A stretch of DNA of 20,000 bases from an uncultured virus (IMG/VR IMGVR_UViG_2816332408_000001) (Duplodnaviria; Heunggongvirae; Uroviricota; Caudoviricetes): the IMG/VR virus record IMGVR_UViG_2816332408_000001, positions 45,191 to 65,190 of that record. One strand, given 5' to 3'. Positions 1 to 8,373 of this stretch are shown here, piece after piece. The notes beneath the pieces were generated by a model that worked only from the letters and a program-made list of their open reading frames with translations, had not been told where the DNA came from and did no database searches. The translations under genes were made by a program, and so were the position numbers. Positions within the stretch are counted from its first letter, which is position 1; every line of letters begins with the position of its first letter.

Positions 1-1
1 C

Positions 2-217
2 GCAGCCTTCGTTGTCGGACTCGTTGTCAGCATTGCGCTGGCCCCGAAGCCACAGACGCAGAAGCCCGCTGGGCTTGGGGACATCACTGCGCCGGTAGCA
101 GAGGAGGGTCTTGAGATCGCCGTGCTATTCGGAACGCGGGACTTCAACGGAGCGAATTGCGTATGGTATGGCGATCTCCGGACGGTGGCGATCAAGTCGA
201 AGGGCGGAAAGAAGTGA
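2..217 (+). CDS. Phage tail assembly protein (5'-truncated at the window edge)
   Basis: Not in the ORF track; read manually in frame 2 as AAFVVGLVVSIALAPKPQTQKPAGLGDITAPVAEEGLEIAVLFGTRDFNGANCVWYGDLRTVAIKSKGGKK*. The P-x-A-EEG..I.VLFGT..N.VWYGD pattern is typical of the small tail-assembly gene preceding siphovirus tail-tip genes. Its stop TGA overlaps the next GTG (GTGA). Confidence 0.8.
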   Translation, partial: AAFVVGLVVSIALAPKPQTQKPAGLGDITAPVAEEGLEIAVLFGTRDFNGANCVWYGDLRTVAIKSKGGKK

Positions 218-408
218 GCGTCCAAGTCTACATGAAAGACGTCCGCGCTGTCAAGCTCTGCTCGAGCGGCACGCGCGGGTTCTTCAAGCGTCACAATATG
301 GACTGGAACAAGTTCCTGGCCGAAGGTCTTCCCGAGGAGGACTTCCTTGCAACCGGCGATCATAACGCCTTGATGGTTGTGGAGGCAGCTCGTGGGCGGC
401 AAAAGTAA
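214..408 (+). CDS. Small conserved tail assembly protein/chaperone (64 aa)
   Basis: The GTG start at 214 overlaps the upstream stop. The sequence (DVRAVKLCSSGTRGFFKRHNMDWNKFLAEGLPEEDFLATGD) matches the C..G.R.FF.RH..DW..F...G.....L.ATGD pattern of the small gene found just before tail-tip genes in such phages. Confidence 0.75.
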   Translation: MSVQVYMKDVRAVKLCSSGTRGFFKRHNMDWNKFLAEGLPEEDFLATGDHNALMVVEAARGRQK

Positions 409-3088
409 AGCACAGACTATTGGATACAAGTATTACATCGGGATGCATTCCGTTGTATGCCACGGTCCAATCGACTTCGTAACGAAGTTCACTGTCGACG
501 ACCGCGTAGCGTGGGCGGGTGCTACCTCAGGCGGCTCCATCGGTGTGAGCGCCGAGTCCCTGTTTGGCGGTGAGTCGCGCGAGGGTGGTGTTAGCGGAAC
601 CGTCGATGTTATGATGGGGTGGCCGACGCAACTCCAGAACAGCTACCTCGTCGCGAAGCTAGGCAACCGGATCCCAGCCTATCGCGGTGTGGTCAGCATT
701 ATTCACCGTCAGTGCTACATGGGGAACAATCCCTATCTGAAACCGTGGCGCTACCGGGGGCAGCGCGTTCAGGTGCGCCAGGACGGACAGCCTCAGTGGA
801 ATCCGAACCGCGCAGGCATCCTTGTGCAGGCTGGTGCAAACCTCCCGAACAAGACCGCTGTCAACCTTGTGGCAACTTCGTTCGGCAGCGCACCCTCGAC
901 CGTTTACAGCCCGGGGCGTGCGGGTGTCATTCGTATCAGCAAGCCTCGAGCGGCTGCCAGCGGCGGGTTGCTCACCTATGACGCATGGAGCGCCTGGAAC
1001 AACGATGCAGGCATCGGTGGAGGTAACTCCCCGGTCCCAGGCCAGACCTGGACGAATCAGTTCCAGGTGCTGGCACGGAACGGCGCAGGCAGCTTCGTAA
1101 GCATCTTCAGCGGTAACGACCTCGGGATGGACCCGAACCTGTATGCAACGGCCGATGAAGCCTACGCAGCGGCGGACGCACTGCTCCCCATCACCTTCAC
1201 CGGGTGGGACGAGTATAAGGTCCAGGCAGCGTTCGATAACAACCCCGGCGACAACCGTGGCGGTCTGTCCCTGATCGTTGAGACCGGCAGCGGAACGATC
1301 GACCTTAACGGCGCGCACATCATCCGGGAATGCCTCACTGACCCCGATTGGGGCATGGGCTATCCCGAGAGCGATGTCGATGACGATTGGTTCGGTGCAG
1401 CAGCGAACACCATCTCAGCCGAGGAGCTGGGGATCTCCCTGCTATGGGACAAGCAGATCCTTATCGACGCCTTCATTCAGGAGATTGTGAAGCACATCGA
1501 CGCGGCGCTGTATGTGTCGCGCACGACGGGCAAGTTCGTGTTGAAGCTAATCCGCGGGGACTATAACCCCGACGACCTTATCACACTGGACGAGTCGTGC
1601 ATCTCCCGCATCGAAGATCCCTCGCGTCCCAGCTTCGGTGAGCTCACGAACAGCGTCACGGTCAACTATTGGGATCACCAGACCGGCAAGGATGCGTCGC
1701 TCACTGTAACCGACACCGCCATGGCGCTGGTTCAGGGTGCGGTCATCAACACCCCCGTTCAATATCCGGGGTTCAGCAACGCACGCAACGCGACCATCGC
1801 GGGGCAGCGCGATCTGCGGGCGCTCAGCTCACCGATGCTCAACTGCACCATCTATGTCGACAGCACCGCTGAAGACCTTAACGTAGGCGATGTGTTCAAG
1901 CTCAACTGGAGCAAGTGGGGCATCTATCAGCTTGTTATGCGTGTCACCAGCTTCGCGCTTGGCAACGGCAAGTCGAACCAGATCAAGCTGACGTGCGTTC
2001 AGGACATCTTCGATACGACGACAAAGACTGCGGTCGCTGAGCCTGGCACAGGCTGGGAAGACCCGTCGCAGCCCCCGGGGCCGTCCGTCGACAGCTTGGC
2101 GCAGGAGCTTCCCTATTACGAACTCGTTCAGACGGGTGGGCAAGCGCAGACCGACAGCAACCTCGTCAACAAGCCCGACAGCGGCTATGTCATGGGCGCT
2201 GCACCCCGCCCGACCGGCGGTATCAATGCGCGCATGTGGACCGATAGCGGTAACGGCTATGAATCCATCAACACCCTGGACTTCTGCCCCTACTGCGAAC
2301 TGACGGTGGCGGTAGGCAAGATGGAGACAGTGTGGTCAACCACGGGCGGTCTCGACATGGACACCGTCCTGGCAGGCCAGCACGCGCAGATCGGTGACGA
2401 GATTGTGCGGATCGACGCGGTGGACACGGTTGGCAACACCATCACCGTTGGGCGCGGTGCGCTCGATACCGTTCCGCAGGACCACGCCGCAACCGATTCA
2501 ATCTTCGTATGGGATCTTAACTACGGTGCCGACCCGACCGAATATGTTGCAGCAGAGGTCGTGGACGTTAAGATCCAGCCAGTGTCCGGTTCAGGCACGG
2601 TCGACCTCGGTCTGATCACCGAACGCACCGTTACCCTTGACGGTCGCGCCTGGCGCCCCTATGCTCCGGGCCAGTTTAAGGTCAACGGTCTGTATTACGA
2701 TACGAGCGTCGACTACAGCGGGGNGCTCACCCTCACGTGGGCGCATCGCGATCGGTTGGAGCAGACTGGTGGCACCATTGTTGACCACACCATGGGCGAC
2801 ATCGGTCCCGAGCCAGGCACCCTGTATCGCGTGCAGGGTTATGTCGACGATGTGCTTGTGCATACCGAGGACGACATCGCAGGAACGACCGCGTCGTGGG
2901 ATCCAGGTCTTGACGATGGGGTTGAGTCCGGCACGGTTCGCGTCGAGGTTCACGCCAAGCGCGACGGGGTGTATTCATGGCAGGCACCGTGGCATGAGTT
3001 CCTGTATGGCGCAGCCGGCCAGCGGGTAACTGAAGAGAATGACGGTCGTGTCACCGAGGGTGACGAACTACGGGTTACGGAGGACTAA
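392..3088 (+). CDS. Tail tip / central tail fibre protein (host specificity protein-like, ~898 aa)
   Basis: Likely GTG start at 392 with GGAGG at 381-385, giving MGGKSKAQTIGYKYY. It has conserved tail-tip blocks: LFGGESREGGVSG, PAYRG, NNPYLKPW, AHIIRECLTDPDWGMG, GKFVLKLIRGDY, GRGALDTVPQDH, LTWAHRDRL. One ambiguous base (N 2724) keeps the frame. Confidence 0.9.
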   Translation: MGGKSKAQTIGYKYYIGMHSVVCHGPIDFVTKFTVDDRVAWAGATSGGSIGVSAESLFGGESREGGVSGTVDVMMGWPTQLQNSYLVAKLGNRIPAYRGVVSIIHRQCYMGNNPYLKPWRYRGQRVQVRQDGQPQWNPNRAGILVQAGANLPNKTAVNLVATSFGSAPSTVYSPGRAGVIRISKPRAAASGGLLTYDAWSAWNNDAGIGGGNSPVPGQTWTNQFQVLARNGAGSFVSIFSGNDLGMDPNLYATADEAYAAADALLPITFTGWDEYKVQAAFDNNPGDNRGGLSLIVETGSGTIDLNGAHIIRECLTDPDWGMGYPESDVDDDWFGAAANTISAEELGISLLWDKQILIDAFIQEIVKHIDAALYVSRTTGKFVLKLIRGDYNPDDLITLDESCISRIEDPSRPSFGELTNSVTVNYWDHQTGKDASLTVTDTAMALVQGAVINTPVQYPGFSNARNATIAGQRDLRALSSPMLNCTIYVDSTAEDLNVGDVFKLNWSKWGIYQLVMRVTSFALGNGKSNQIKLTCVQDIFDTTTKTAVAEPGTGWEDPSQPPGPSVDSLAQELPYYELVQTGGQAQTDSNLVNKPDSGYVMGAAPRPTGGINARMWTDSGNGYESINTLDFCPYCELTVAVGKMETVWSTTGGLDMDTVLAGQHAQIGDEIVRIDAVDTVGNTITVGRGALDTVPQDHAATDSIFVWDLNYGADPTEYVAAEVVDVKIQPVSGSGTVDLGLITERTVTLDGRAWRPYAPGQFKVNGLYYDTSVDYSGXLTLTWAHRDRLEQTGGTIVDHTMGDIGPEPGTLYRVQGYVDDVLVHTEDDIAGTTASWDPGLDDGVESGTVRVEVHAKRDGVYSWQAPWHEFLYGAAGQRVTEENDGRVTEGDELRVTED

Positions 3089-3970
3089 ATGGCAGGGAAG
3101 TCAATCAGCCAGATGGAGGCGGCGGACCTGCCTCTGCTCGGCACAGAACTGGTCGAGGTTGCGGCGCTGGATCTTGCTATCAAGATCACAGCCACGACGA
3201 TCAGTGCAACCGCGTCCGACAACAGCTATAACGATTCCGGAAGCGGATTCGTTACGGCGGGGTTCGCACTGGGCGACCGCGTCAACGTGACAGGGTTCAC
3301 CGGGGATGTAGCGAACAACATCGTCTCGGGTGTTATCACTGCACTCACGACCGGCAAGATGACGATTGGTGGAACCGACGGTGACGTCATTGTTGACGAT
3401 GCGGCAGGCGAGTCTGTGACGATCACCAAGTGGACCAGCAAGGCAGCGCCCACCTCGGAGCTTGGTGGCGGAGGAGGGGGTGGCGGGGGNAGCGCCTGGA
3501 CTATCGACCTCATTCCGTTGCAGGCGGAAATGCCCGACTTCGCTTATGCGCAGTTGAACGGTCGCAATCAGCGTCCTGTGATCACCTTCGACACCACAAC
3601 TCAGGAGACCATCTTCTGGACCCGCGTCCTCCCCGCTGACGATCCGGGTGCGGGCATTGTGGTCACGCTTTACGTCGCAGCGCAGTCCGCCACCAGCGGA
3701 ACGATCGGCTGGGACGTAGCGTTCGAGCGTGTCGACGCAGGCGGGTTGGACGTGGACTCGGATAGCTTTGCGACCGCCAAGACGATCACCGCTGCCACGG
3801 TGCCCGGCACTGCTGGCGTCACCATGACGCAGACGGTCACGTTCAGCAACAGTGAGATCGATGGGCTGGTCGCGGGCGAGATGTTCCGCATCCGTATCCG
3901 TCGCGATGTCTCGAACGACACTGCAACGGGTGACGCCCATCTGCTCATGGTCAATCTGCGGGGAGCCTAA
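3089..3970 (+). CDS. Tail fibre / receptor-binding-associated structural protein (293 aa)
   Basis: Starts immediately after the tail-tip stop with RBS GGAGG. It has a fibre-type N-terminus (MAGKSISQMEAADLPLLGTELVEVA), T/G/S-rich beta-strand content, a poly-Gly linker (~3465-3490) and a distinct C-terminal domain. Confidence 0.7.
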   Translation: MAGKSISQMEAADLPLLGTELVEVAALDLAIKITATTISATASDNSYNDSGSGFVTAGFALGDRVNVTGFTGDVANNIVSGVITALTTGKMTIGGTDGDVIVDDAAGESVTITKWTSKAAPTSELGGGGGGGGXSAWTIDLIPLQAEMPDFAYAQLNGRNQRPVITFDTTTQETIFWTRVLPADDPGAGIVVTLYVAAQSATSGTIGWDVAFERVDAGGLDVDSDSFATAKTITAATVPGTAGVTMTQTVTFSNSEIDGLVAGEMFRIRIRRDVSNDTATGDAHLLMVNLRGA

Positions 3971-3971
3971 G

Positions 3972-4643
3972 ATGGCATTTGTATCTTCTGGCTCCGGCGG
4001 GGGTTACGGCACAACCGGATGGACCATGGCTGGCGATCAGCTAACCATGACCATCTGGCTTCGGACCACGCAGACGACGCTGAACGCCATTCCCTTCGGC
4101 AAGTGCAACGGTGCAACCCAAGGCGGGCCATCAATTGTGATGAACAACCCATCGGCAGGCAAGTATCTGCTCTATGCGAAGGAAGGCGGGAGCGAACCCG
4201 TCAAGGGCACCAGCACGTCGACCAACTTGTTCAACGACGGGGAATGGCACAACTTTATCATCCGTTACGATCGTCGGTCGGGTATGCCGAACGAAGTGTG
4301 GCTCGATGGAGTGCTTGATATCCAAGTGAATGCGACAGGCAACATCACCAAGTCGGGTGATGGTATCACGGCAGGCCGCTCGAACGATGGCTTCTGGAAC
4401 GGGTTCAACGGCGACCATGCTTATATGGCAGCCTGGGACAAGTGGCTCGACGACGATGAAGTGCAGATGATTGGCACGCACCGCGTCAATCCTGGGCTGG
4501 TGGCTCGCAGCAAGTTGATGTTCTACGTCCCTTCGCATCAAGCTCTGCGTCAAGCGTGGACCCCCGGCGGATTCGGTGGAACGATTGGCTCCCCCGGCAA
4601 CAGCCCGCAACCCAATGTGCGGGGAGTGTGCTGCCAGCACTAA
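3972..4643 (+). CDS. LamG / concanavalin A-like lectin domain protein, probable receptor-binding or tail accessory protein (223 aa)
   Basis: ATG at 3972 with RBS GGAG upstream. LamG-like motifs are present: LTMTIWLRT, NDGEWHNFIIRYD, VWLDG, ITAGR, FNGDHAYMAAWDKWLDDDEVQ. It is the last gene of the tail block. Confidence 0.75.
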   Translation: MAFVSSGSGGGYGTTGWTMAGDQLTMTIWLRTTQTTLNAIPFGKCNGATQGGPSIVMNNPSAGKYLLYAKEGGSEPVKGTSTSTNLFNDGEWHNFIIRYDRRSGMPNEVWLDGVLDIQVNATGNITKSGDGITAGRSNDGFWNGFNGDHAYMAAWDKWLDDDEVQMIGTHRVNPGLVARSKLMFYVPSHQALRQAWTPGGFGGTIGSPGNSPQPNVRGVCCQH

Positions 4644-4675
4644 GATTTCGGTAGCGCCGGGGCTGGGGGCGCGAA

Positions 4676-4707
4676 AGGGGTGCTGCCGCCACTTGGGTAG
4701 CACCCCT
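4676..4707. terminator. Hairpin between the convergent tail and replication blocks, probable terminator
   Basis: 12-bp stem AGGGGTGCTGCC / GGTAGCACCCCT (one G-U on the + strand) with an 8-nt loop. Only a short TTT follows on the - strand and there is no strong U-tract on the + strand. Confidence 0.5.
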
Positions 4708-4745
4708 AACCGATCGCCGCTGTAGCCGGCTTAAAACGGCCCGCC

Positions 4746-6980
4746 TTATGCAGCTTCAGCCGGAAGTGCTGCAATGTCCCGCAGCATACGCACCGCCTCA
4801 TTGATATACCAGTCGTGATCCACGTCTTGAGGAACGACCATGTTATCATTGAAGGCCATGCAGGGCATCGCGCCGTCCGAGCGAGGCACCTTGTTCCCAC
4901 TGAGCGCATAGACCAGCTCACCGGGGACGTCCTTGGCGTAATACCAGCGGACAGTCTTGCCAACGAACTCAGTCTCGCCTGGCACCGCTAGGCGCTCGCA
5001 CGCGATGCGATACGCCTTCTCGGTTGTGATAGCGTAGCGACCGACCGCGTCATAGCTACCCTTCTCGACCCAAGACCCCTCAGCGAACGGGGTGTAACCC
5101 GCCCGGTCGATAAGCTCCTCTTGCGAGTCATGCGCGGGGACGTTGCTGCTCCACACCTTCACCGCGCCACCCTTCACCGACCGCACCGTGACGAACTTGC
5201 GAATGTCATTGGCTGCGCGAATGGTGTGGTCAAGCGGGGTGCCCTTCGTCAGGAACGCCTCAACAGCCTCGACGCAGATCGTTGTCGTCGGGTTCTTGTG
5301 CAGGCGCATGGCGAGGTTCTTGCTGTCACTCCATGGGTTGGCGTAGGCACCCTTGGACTTAATGCCGTCGGGGATCTCCAGCCAGCTGTTCGTTGCCTTG
5401 TCGAACTTCTGCTTGACCGCGATGTAGTTATTCACGTCACGCGAATAGAGCGACAGGTAGCGGGTCTCTTCTGTTTTGTATTGTGTGATCCGCTCCCATT
5501 CAGCAACGATCCAGTTGAACAGCTCCATATTGTTCCGCGGACACTTAATAACGATGCCGTCGGTATTGGCGCTGACCACATGGATGCCGCGCATTTCCAG
5601 CATCTCGATCAGTAGCAGGATGCTCAGCTGACCCGTCAGTGTCGTCTGGATCAGGAAGTTCGGTGCATAGAGGATGGAATACTTGCTGCCGAACTTGCCG
5701 AACGACCCGTTGATGACAATCTTGAGCGACTCAGCGACGGGCTTGTTCCCGTCCGCTTTCGCCTTCAAGCGCCGCTCAACGATGGNGCGGTAAACGTGCA
5801 GGAACTCCGGACCCAAGTGCTCTGGATACATGCCCTGATTAAGGATGATGCGCGGGTAGAACGACTCGACGTCCTTGTCGATCATAATGTAGTTCGCGTC
5901 GGTGTGGTGGGCGACCGTGCTTTCACTGCTATGCAGCCCGCCAATCCCCATGCGGTAAACCGACCCCATGATGTCCAACTGGAGGTCTTTAATCTCCTCG
6001 GGCATCGCAATGGAGCCAGTGTAGTCAACGACGAACTTCGCCTTGGCGACAACCCCTAGCGCCCACTGCATGAGCGGGGAGTTGAACTTCATCCACGGGG
6101 GCACCTGATAGCGGTATGTGGTGCCTACCTCGATCTCAGGACGCTTGGGGCGAATCCCCGTGCGGCGCTGTAGCTCGGCGGACATAACCGCTTCAGCGAT
6201 CTGCGCGTCCGACTTGGACCGCAAGTCAACCTTGTATTCGTTCGACAGGGTATAGCGGAGCTCTATCTGCTCCTTGAGCGTCTCCCGTAGGAGAGCGGTG
6301 TTGTGCGTGTCGTTGACGCAATACCAGCGCACGATCGCAATCTGGTGCGGGCTTAGGATGGTGGCAGGGTGGAACGGCAAGTCCTGCATCTTCTTGGCGT
6401 GCATCCGTCCTGCATAACCCTTCAGGGAGGCGAACAGGGGTGCAACCTCGATAAGATCGATATGATCCACCTTCAGGTTGCCACCCTTGGCGTGCTTGCG
6501 GCGCACATCCTGCCCGCGCATCTCCTCCACAATGATCATGTCGGAGCACTTCTTCAGCTGCGAGCAGCTAAGGCCAGCAACCGCCATCTCGCACATGGGG
6601 ATGTCGTAGTTGATACCGTTGAAGGTGACGCAAGTGTATGTCTCGAGCATCCAGCGGAGCTTGCGGGTGTCAAGCGGGGGCAACCCATCACCCATCTCCA
6701 CCAACGCAATCTTGCCTGTGACGAGGTTCGTGAACACGACTAAGAAGTAGTTCCCATAACACTCGACGTCGGTGAGCATTTCCTCACGACGCTGCCGCGC
6801 TATGGCAAGCTCTTCGATGGACATAAACTGGACCGGGAACTCCAGCGCCTCTTTCAGGCCTGGGAGGTAGTCCGGTCGGAGCCAGGTTGGCTCGGGTGGG
6901 ACACGCTTGAGCTTTTCAGCTTTGGGCGCCTTGGGTGGCGGGGTGTCATCCCAAAAGAATCCGACTGCATCGTTACGCAT
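4746..6980 (-). CDS. DNA polymerase, family B, with 3'-5' exonuclease domain (744 aa)
   Basis: ExoI DVECY, ExoII FNGINYD, ExoIII YCVND; polymerase motif A DVESFYP, motif B KIVINGSFGKFG, motif C ANTDG, then RDVNNY and KSKG. RBS GGAG upstream. Confidence 0.95.
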   Translation of the reverse strand: MRNDAVGFFWDDTPPPKAPKAEKLKRVPPEPTWLRPDYLPGLKEALEFPVQFMSIEELAIARQRREEMLTDVECYGNYFLVVFTNLVTGKIALVEMGDGLPPLDTRKLRWMLETYTCVTFNGINYDIPMCEMAVAGLSCSQLKKCSDMIIVEEMRGQDVRRKHAKGGNLKVDHIDLIEVAPLFASLKGYAGRMHAKKMQDLPFHPATILSPHQIAIVRWYCVNDTHNTALLRETLKEQIELRYTLSNEYKVDLRSKSDAQIAEAVMSAELQRRTGIRPKRPEIEVGTTYRYQVPPWMKFNSPLMQWALGVVAKAKFVVDYTGSIAMPEEIKDLQLDIMGSVYRMGIGGLHSSESTVAHHTDANYIMIDKDVESFYPRIILNQGMYPEHLGPEFLHVYRXIVERRLKAKADGNKPVAESLKIVINGSFGKFGSKYSILYAPNFLIQTTLTGQLSILLLIEMLEMRGIHVVSANTDGIVIKCPRNNMELFNWIVAEWERITQYKTEETRYLSLYSRDVNNYIAVKQKFDKATNSWLEIPDGIKSKGAYANPWSDSKNLAMRLHKNPTTTICVEAVEAFLTKGTPLDHTIRAANDIRKFVTVRSVKGGAVKVWSSNVPAHDSQEELIDRAGYTPFAEGSWVEKGSYDAVGRYAITTEKAYRIACERLAVPGETEFVGKTVRWYYAKDVPGELVYALSGNKVPRSDGAMPCMAFNDNMVVPQDVDHDWYINEAVRMLRDIAALPAEAA

Positions 6981-7031
6981 AATTGTCTCCGGAGACCATA
7001 TAGCGGGCCGTGGCGCTGAGTGTTGTGGAGA

Positions 7032-7181
7032 TTAACGGTTGTTGGCAGAACGCTTCACATGCTTCTTCGTCTCCTTCATAGTGCCGTTGCAGGTCGGACA
7101 ACCCTTGTGGTCACCCTTGCCAGCGCGATACAGGTTGCCGCATGTCATGCACTTGACTTTGCGTCCTGATGTTTTCGTCAT
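7032..7181 (-). CDS. Small basic zinc-ribbon protein (49 aa)
   Basis: Not in the ORF track; read manually as MTKTSGRKVKCMTCGNLYRAGKGDHKGCPTCNGTMKETKKHVKRSANNR*. It has two CxxC pairs, and its ATG overlaps the clamp gene stop (ATGA). Confidence 0.75.
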   Translation of the reverse strand: MTKTSGRKVKCMTCGNLYRAGKGDHKGCPTCNGTMKETKKHVKRSANNR

Positions 7182-8197
7182 CTGGTTGATACTCCGGTGG
7201 CGCTGAATTGCTGCCCCTCGAAGTGGCTGCGCATACCAATGATGGCACCGCGCATGACCCCGCCGAAGAACATCGCAGGCTCGGGGTATAGCGTGAAGTC
7301 GGCCTGCTCCACAACCCCGTTCAGCAGCGCAAACATCGCAATGTTATAGCATCCAACGAACTCTAGCCCGTCAACCTCAAAGGATGCACCCTCCTCACGC
7401 TCAACCGTGTCCTCGTGGGTCGTGAGCAGTCCGTTGTTGATATAGATGCGGTTGCTCCCGTCCGACAGCGCCTTCAGCTTGTCGATTGCGGTGAACAGCT
7501 CCTGAGGAATGGGAACGGGGGCGCTGGGCACGTTCAGGATCTTCTTGATTAGCTCCAACGGCCACTCAATCCCGAGTAGCTGGCTACGGATCCACCGACC
7601 GTCGTTATAGTGGAACGTGATGGAGTTCCCCGCGATCTGCGCACCGATGGGCGCTTCGTCGACGCGCAGCATTTCCTTGATGCACGCCTTGGGGATGTTG
7701 ATCTGCTTGGGGAAGGGTGCTGCCAGCCAATACTCAACGACGCAAGTGTTGTTCGTAGCGTAGGCTGACTGACCGTCGAGCAGGATACCAGCCGACCACG
7801 GACGAGAGGCGTCGTTACCGATGAACGGATACATCAACTTGAACGCCTTCAGCATGGTCTCGCCATCGAATTGCAGGGGGTCGCCCTCGGGTCCGACGTG
7901 CGGGGTCTCACCGTCCACTAGCTGAGCAAACCCCGTGAACTTGCCGCTCTTGATGCGCAGCTTGCCGCCGGGGGTCGTCGACAGGATAATCGGTTCGCTA
8001 TCGTCGCACTGCTGAATCGCCTTCACAAGCTGGTCTGCCTTGGGGCAACAGTTGATGTCGAAGGGGATTGGGCTGCTGATCGCCAGCGTGCCGTTATAGG
8101 AACGCACCGTGCCGTTCTCGATGCGGAAGTGCGTCATCGCAGGCAGCAAGTCCTTCTTGGCGACTGCACCCTGGACGAACTTCAATTCCTTCAGCAT
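7178..8197 (-). CDS. DNA polymerase processivity factor, beta-clamp (DnaN)-like (339 aa)
   Basis: The N-terminus resembles DnaN (LKFVQGAVAKKDLLPAMTHFRI), the second domain has a DnaN-like NDASRPWSAGILL...YATN segment, and the length fits three repeated domains. It lies next to the DNA polymerase. Confidence 0.75.
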   Translation of the reverse strand: MLKELKFVQGAVAKKDLLPAMTHFRIENGTVRSYNGTLAISSPIPFDINCCPKADQLVKAIQQCDDSEPIILSTTPGGKLRIKSGKFTGFAQLVDGETPHVGPEGDPLQFDGETMLKAFKLMYPFIGNDASRPWSAGILLDGQSAYATNNTCVVEYWLAAPFPKQINIPKACIKEMLRVDEAPIGAQIAGNSITFHYNDGRWIRSQLLGIEWPLELIKKILNVPSAPVPIPQELFTAIDKLKALSDGSNRIYINNGLLTTHEDTVEREEGASFEVDGLEFVGCYNIAMFALLNGVVEQADFTLYPEPAMFFGGVMRGAIIGMRSHFEGQQFSATGVSTR

Positions 8198-8373
8198 TCG
8201 TGCGCTCCATACTTGTCCACGAGCTTCTTGATCATCGGGGACTTCCAGGTTTTACCGTAACGCTCGATGACGAGCCCTAGCTGCATTCTACGGTGAATGT
8301 GGCCGTGTCGCAAGCTAGTTCTGCAGACATAGAGCAAAGTATTCAGCTTCAGGCGCCTCGCGTCGGGGCGCAC
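8191..8373 (-). CDS. Hypothetical basic protein (~60 aa)
   Basis: Fills the gap between dpdA and the clamp gene. The GTG start at 8373 overlaps the dpdA stop (TAGTG) and the 3' end overlaps the clamp start. No recognisable motif; start uncertain. Confidence 0.5.
   Translation of the reverse strand: MRPDARRLKLNTLLYVCRTSLRHGHIHRRMQLGLVIERYGKTWKSPMIKKLVDKYGAHEC

Noticed and set aside
3101..3940. Long antisense/alternative-frame ORFs (e.g. 659-1318, 3101-3940, 9440-10024, 17968-18756)
   Set aside because: They are shadow ORFs of well-supported genes in GC-rich DNA, with no recognisable motifs.
4975..5152. Intein or intron in the DNA polymerase
   Set aside because: The frame is continuous and the segment is short, with no C/S...HN-C/S/T splice motifs and no homing endonuclease signature.
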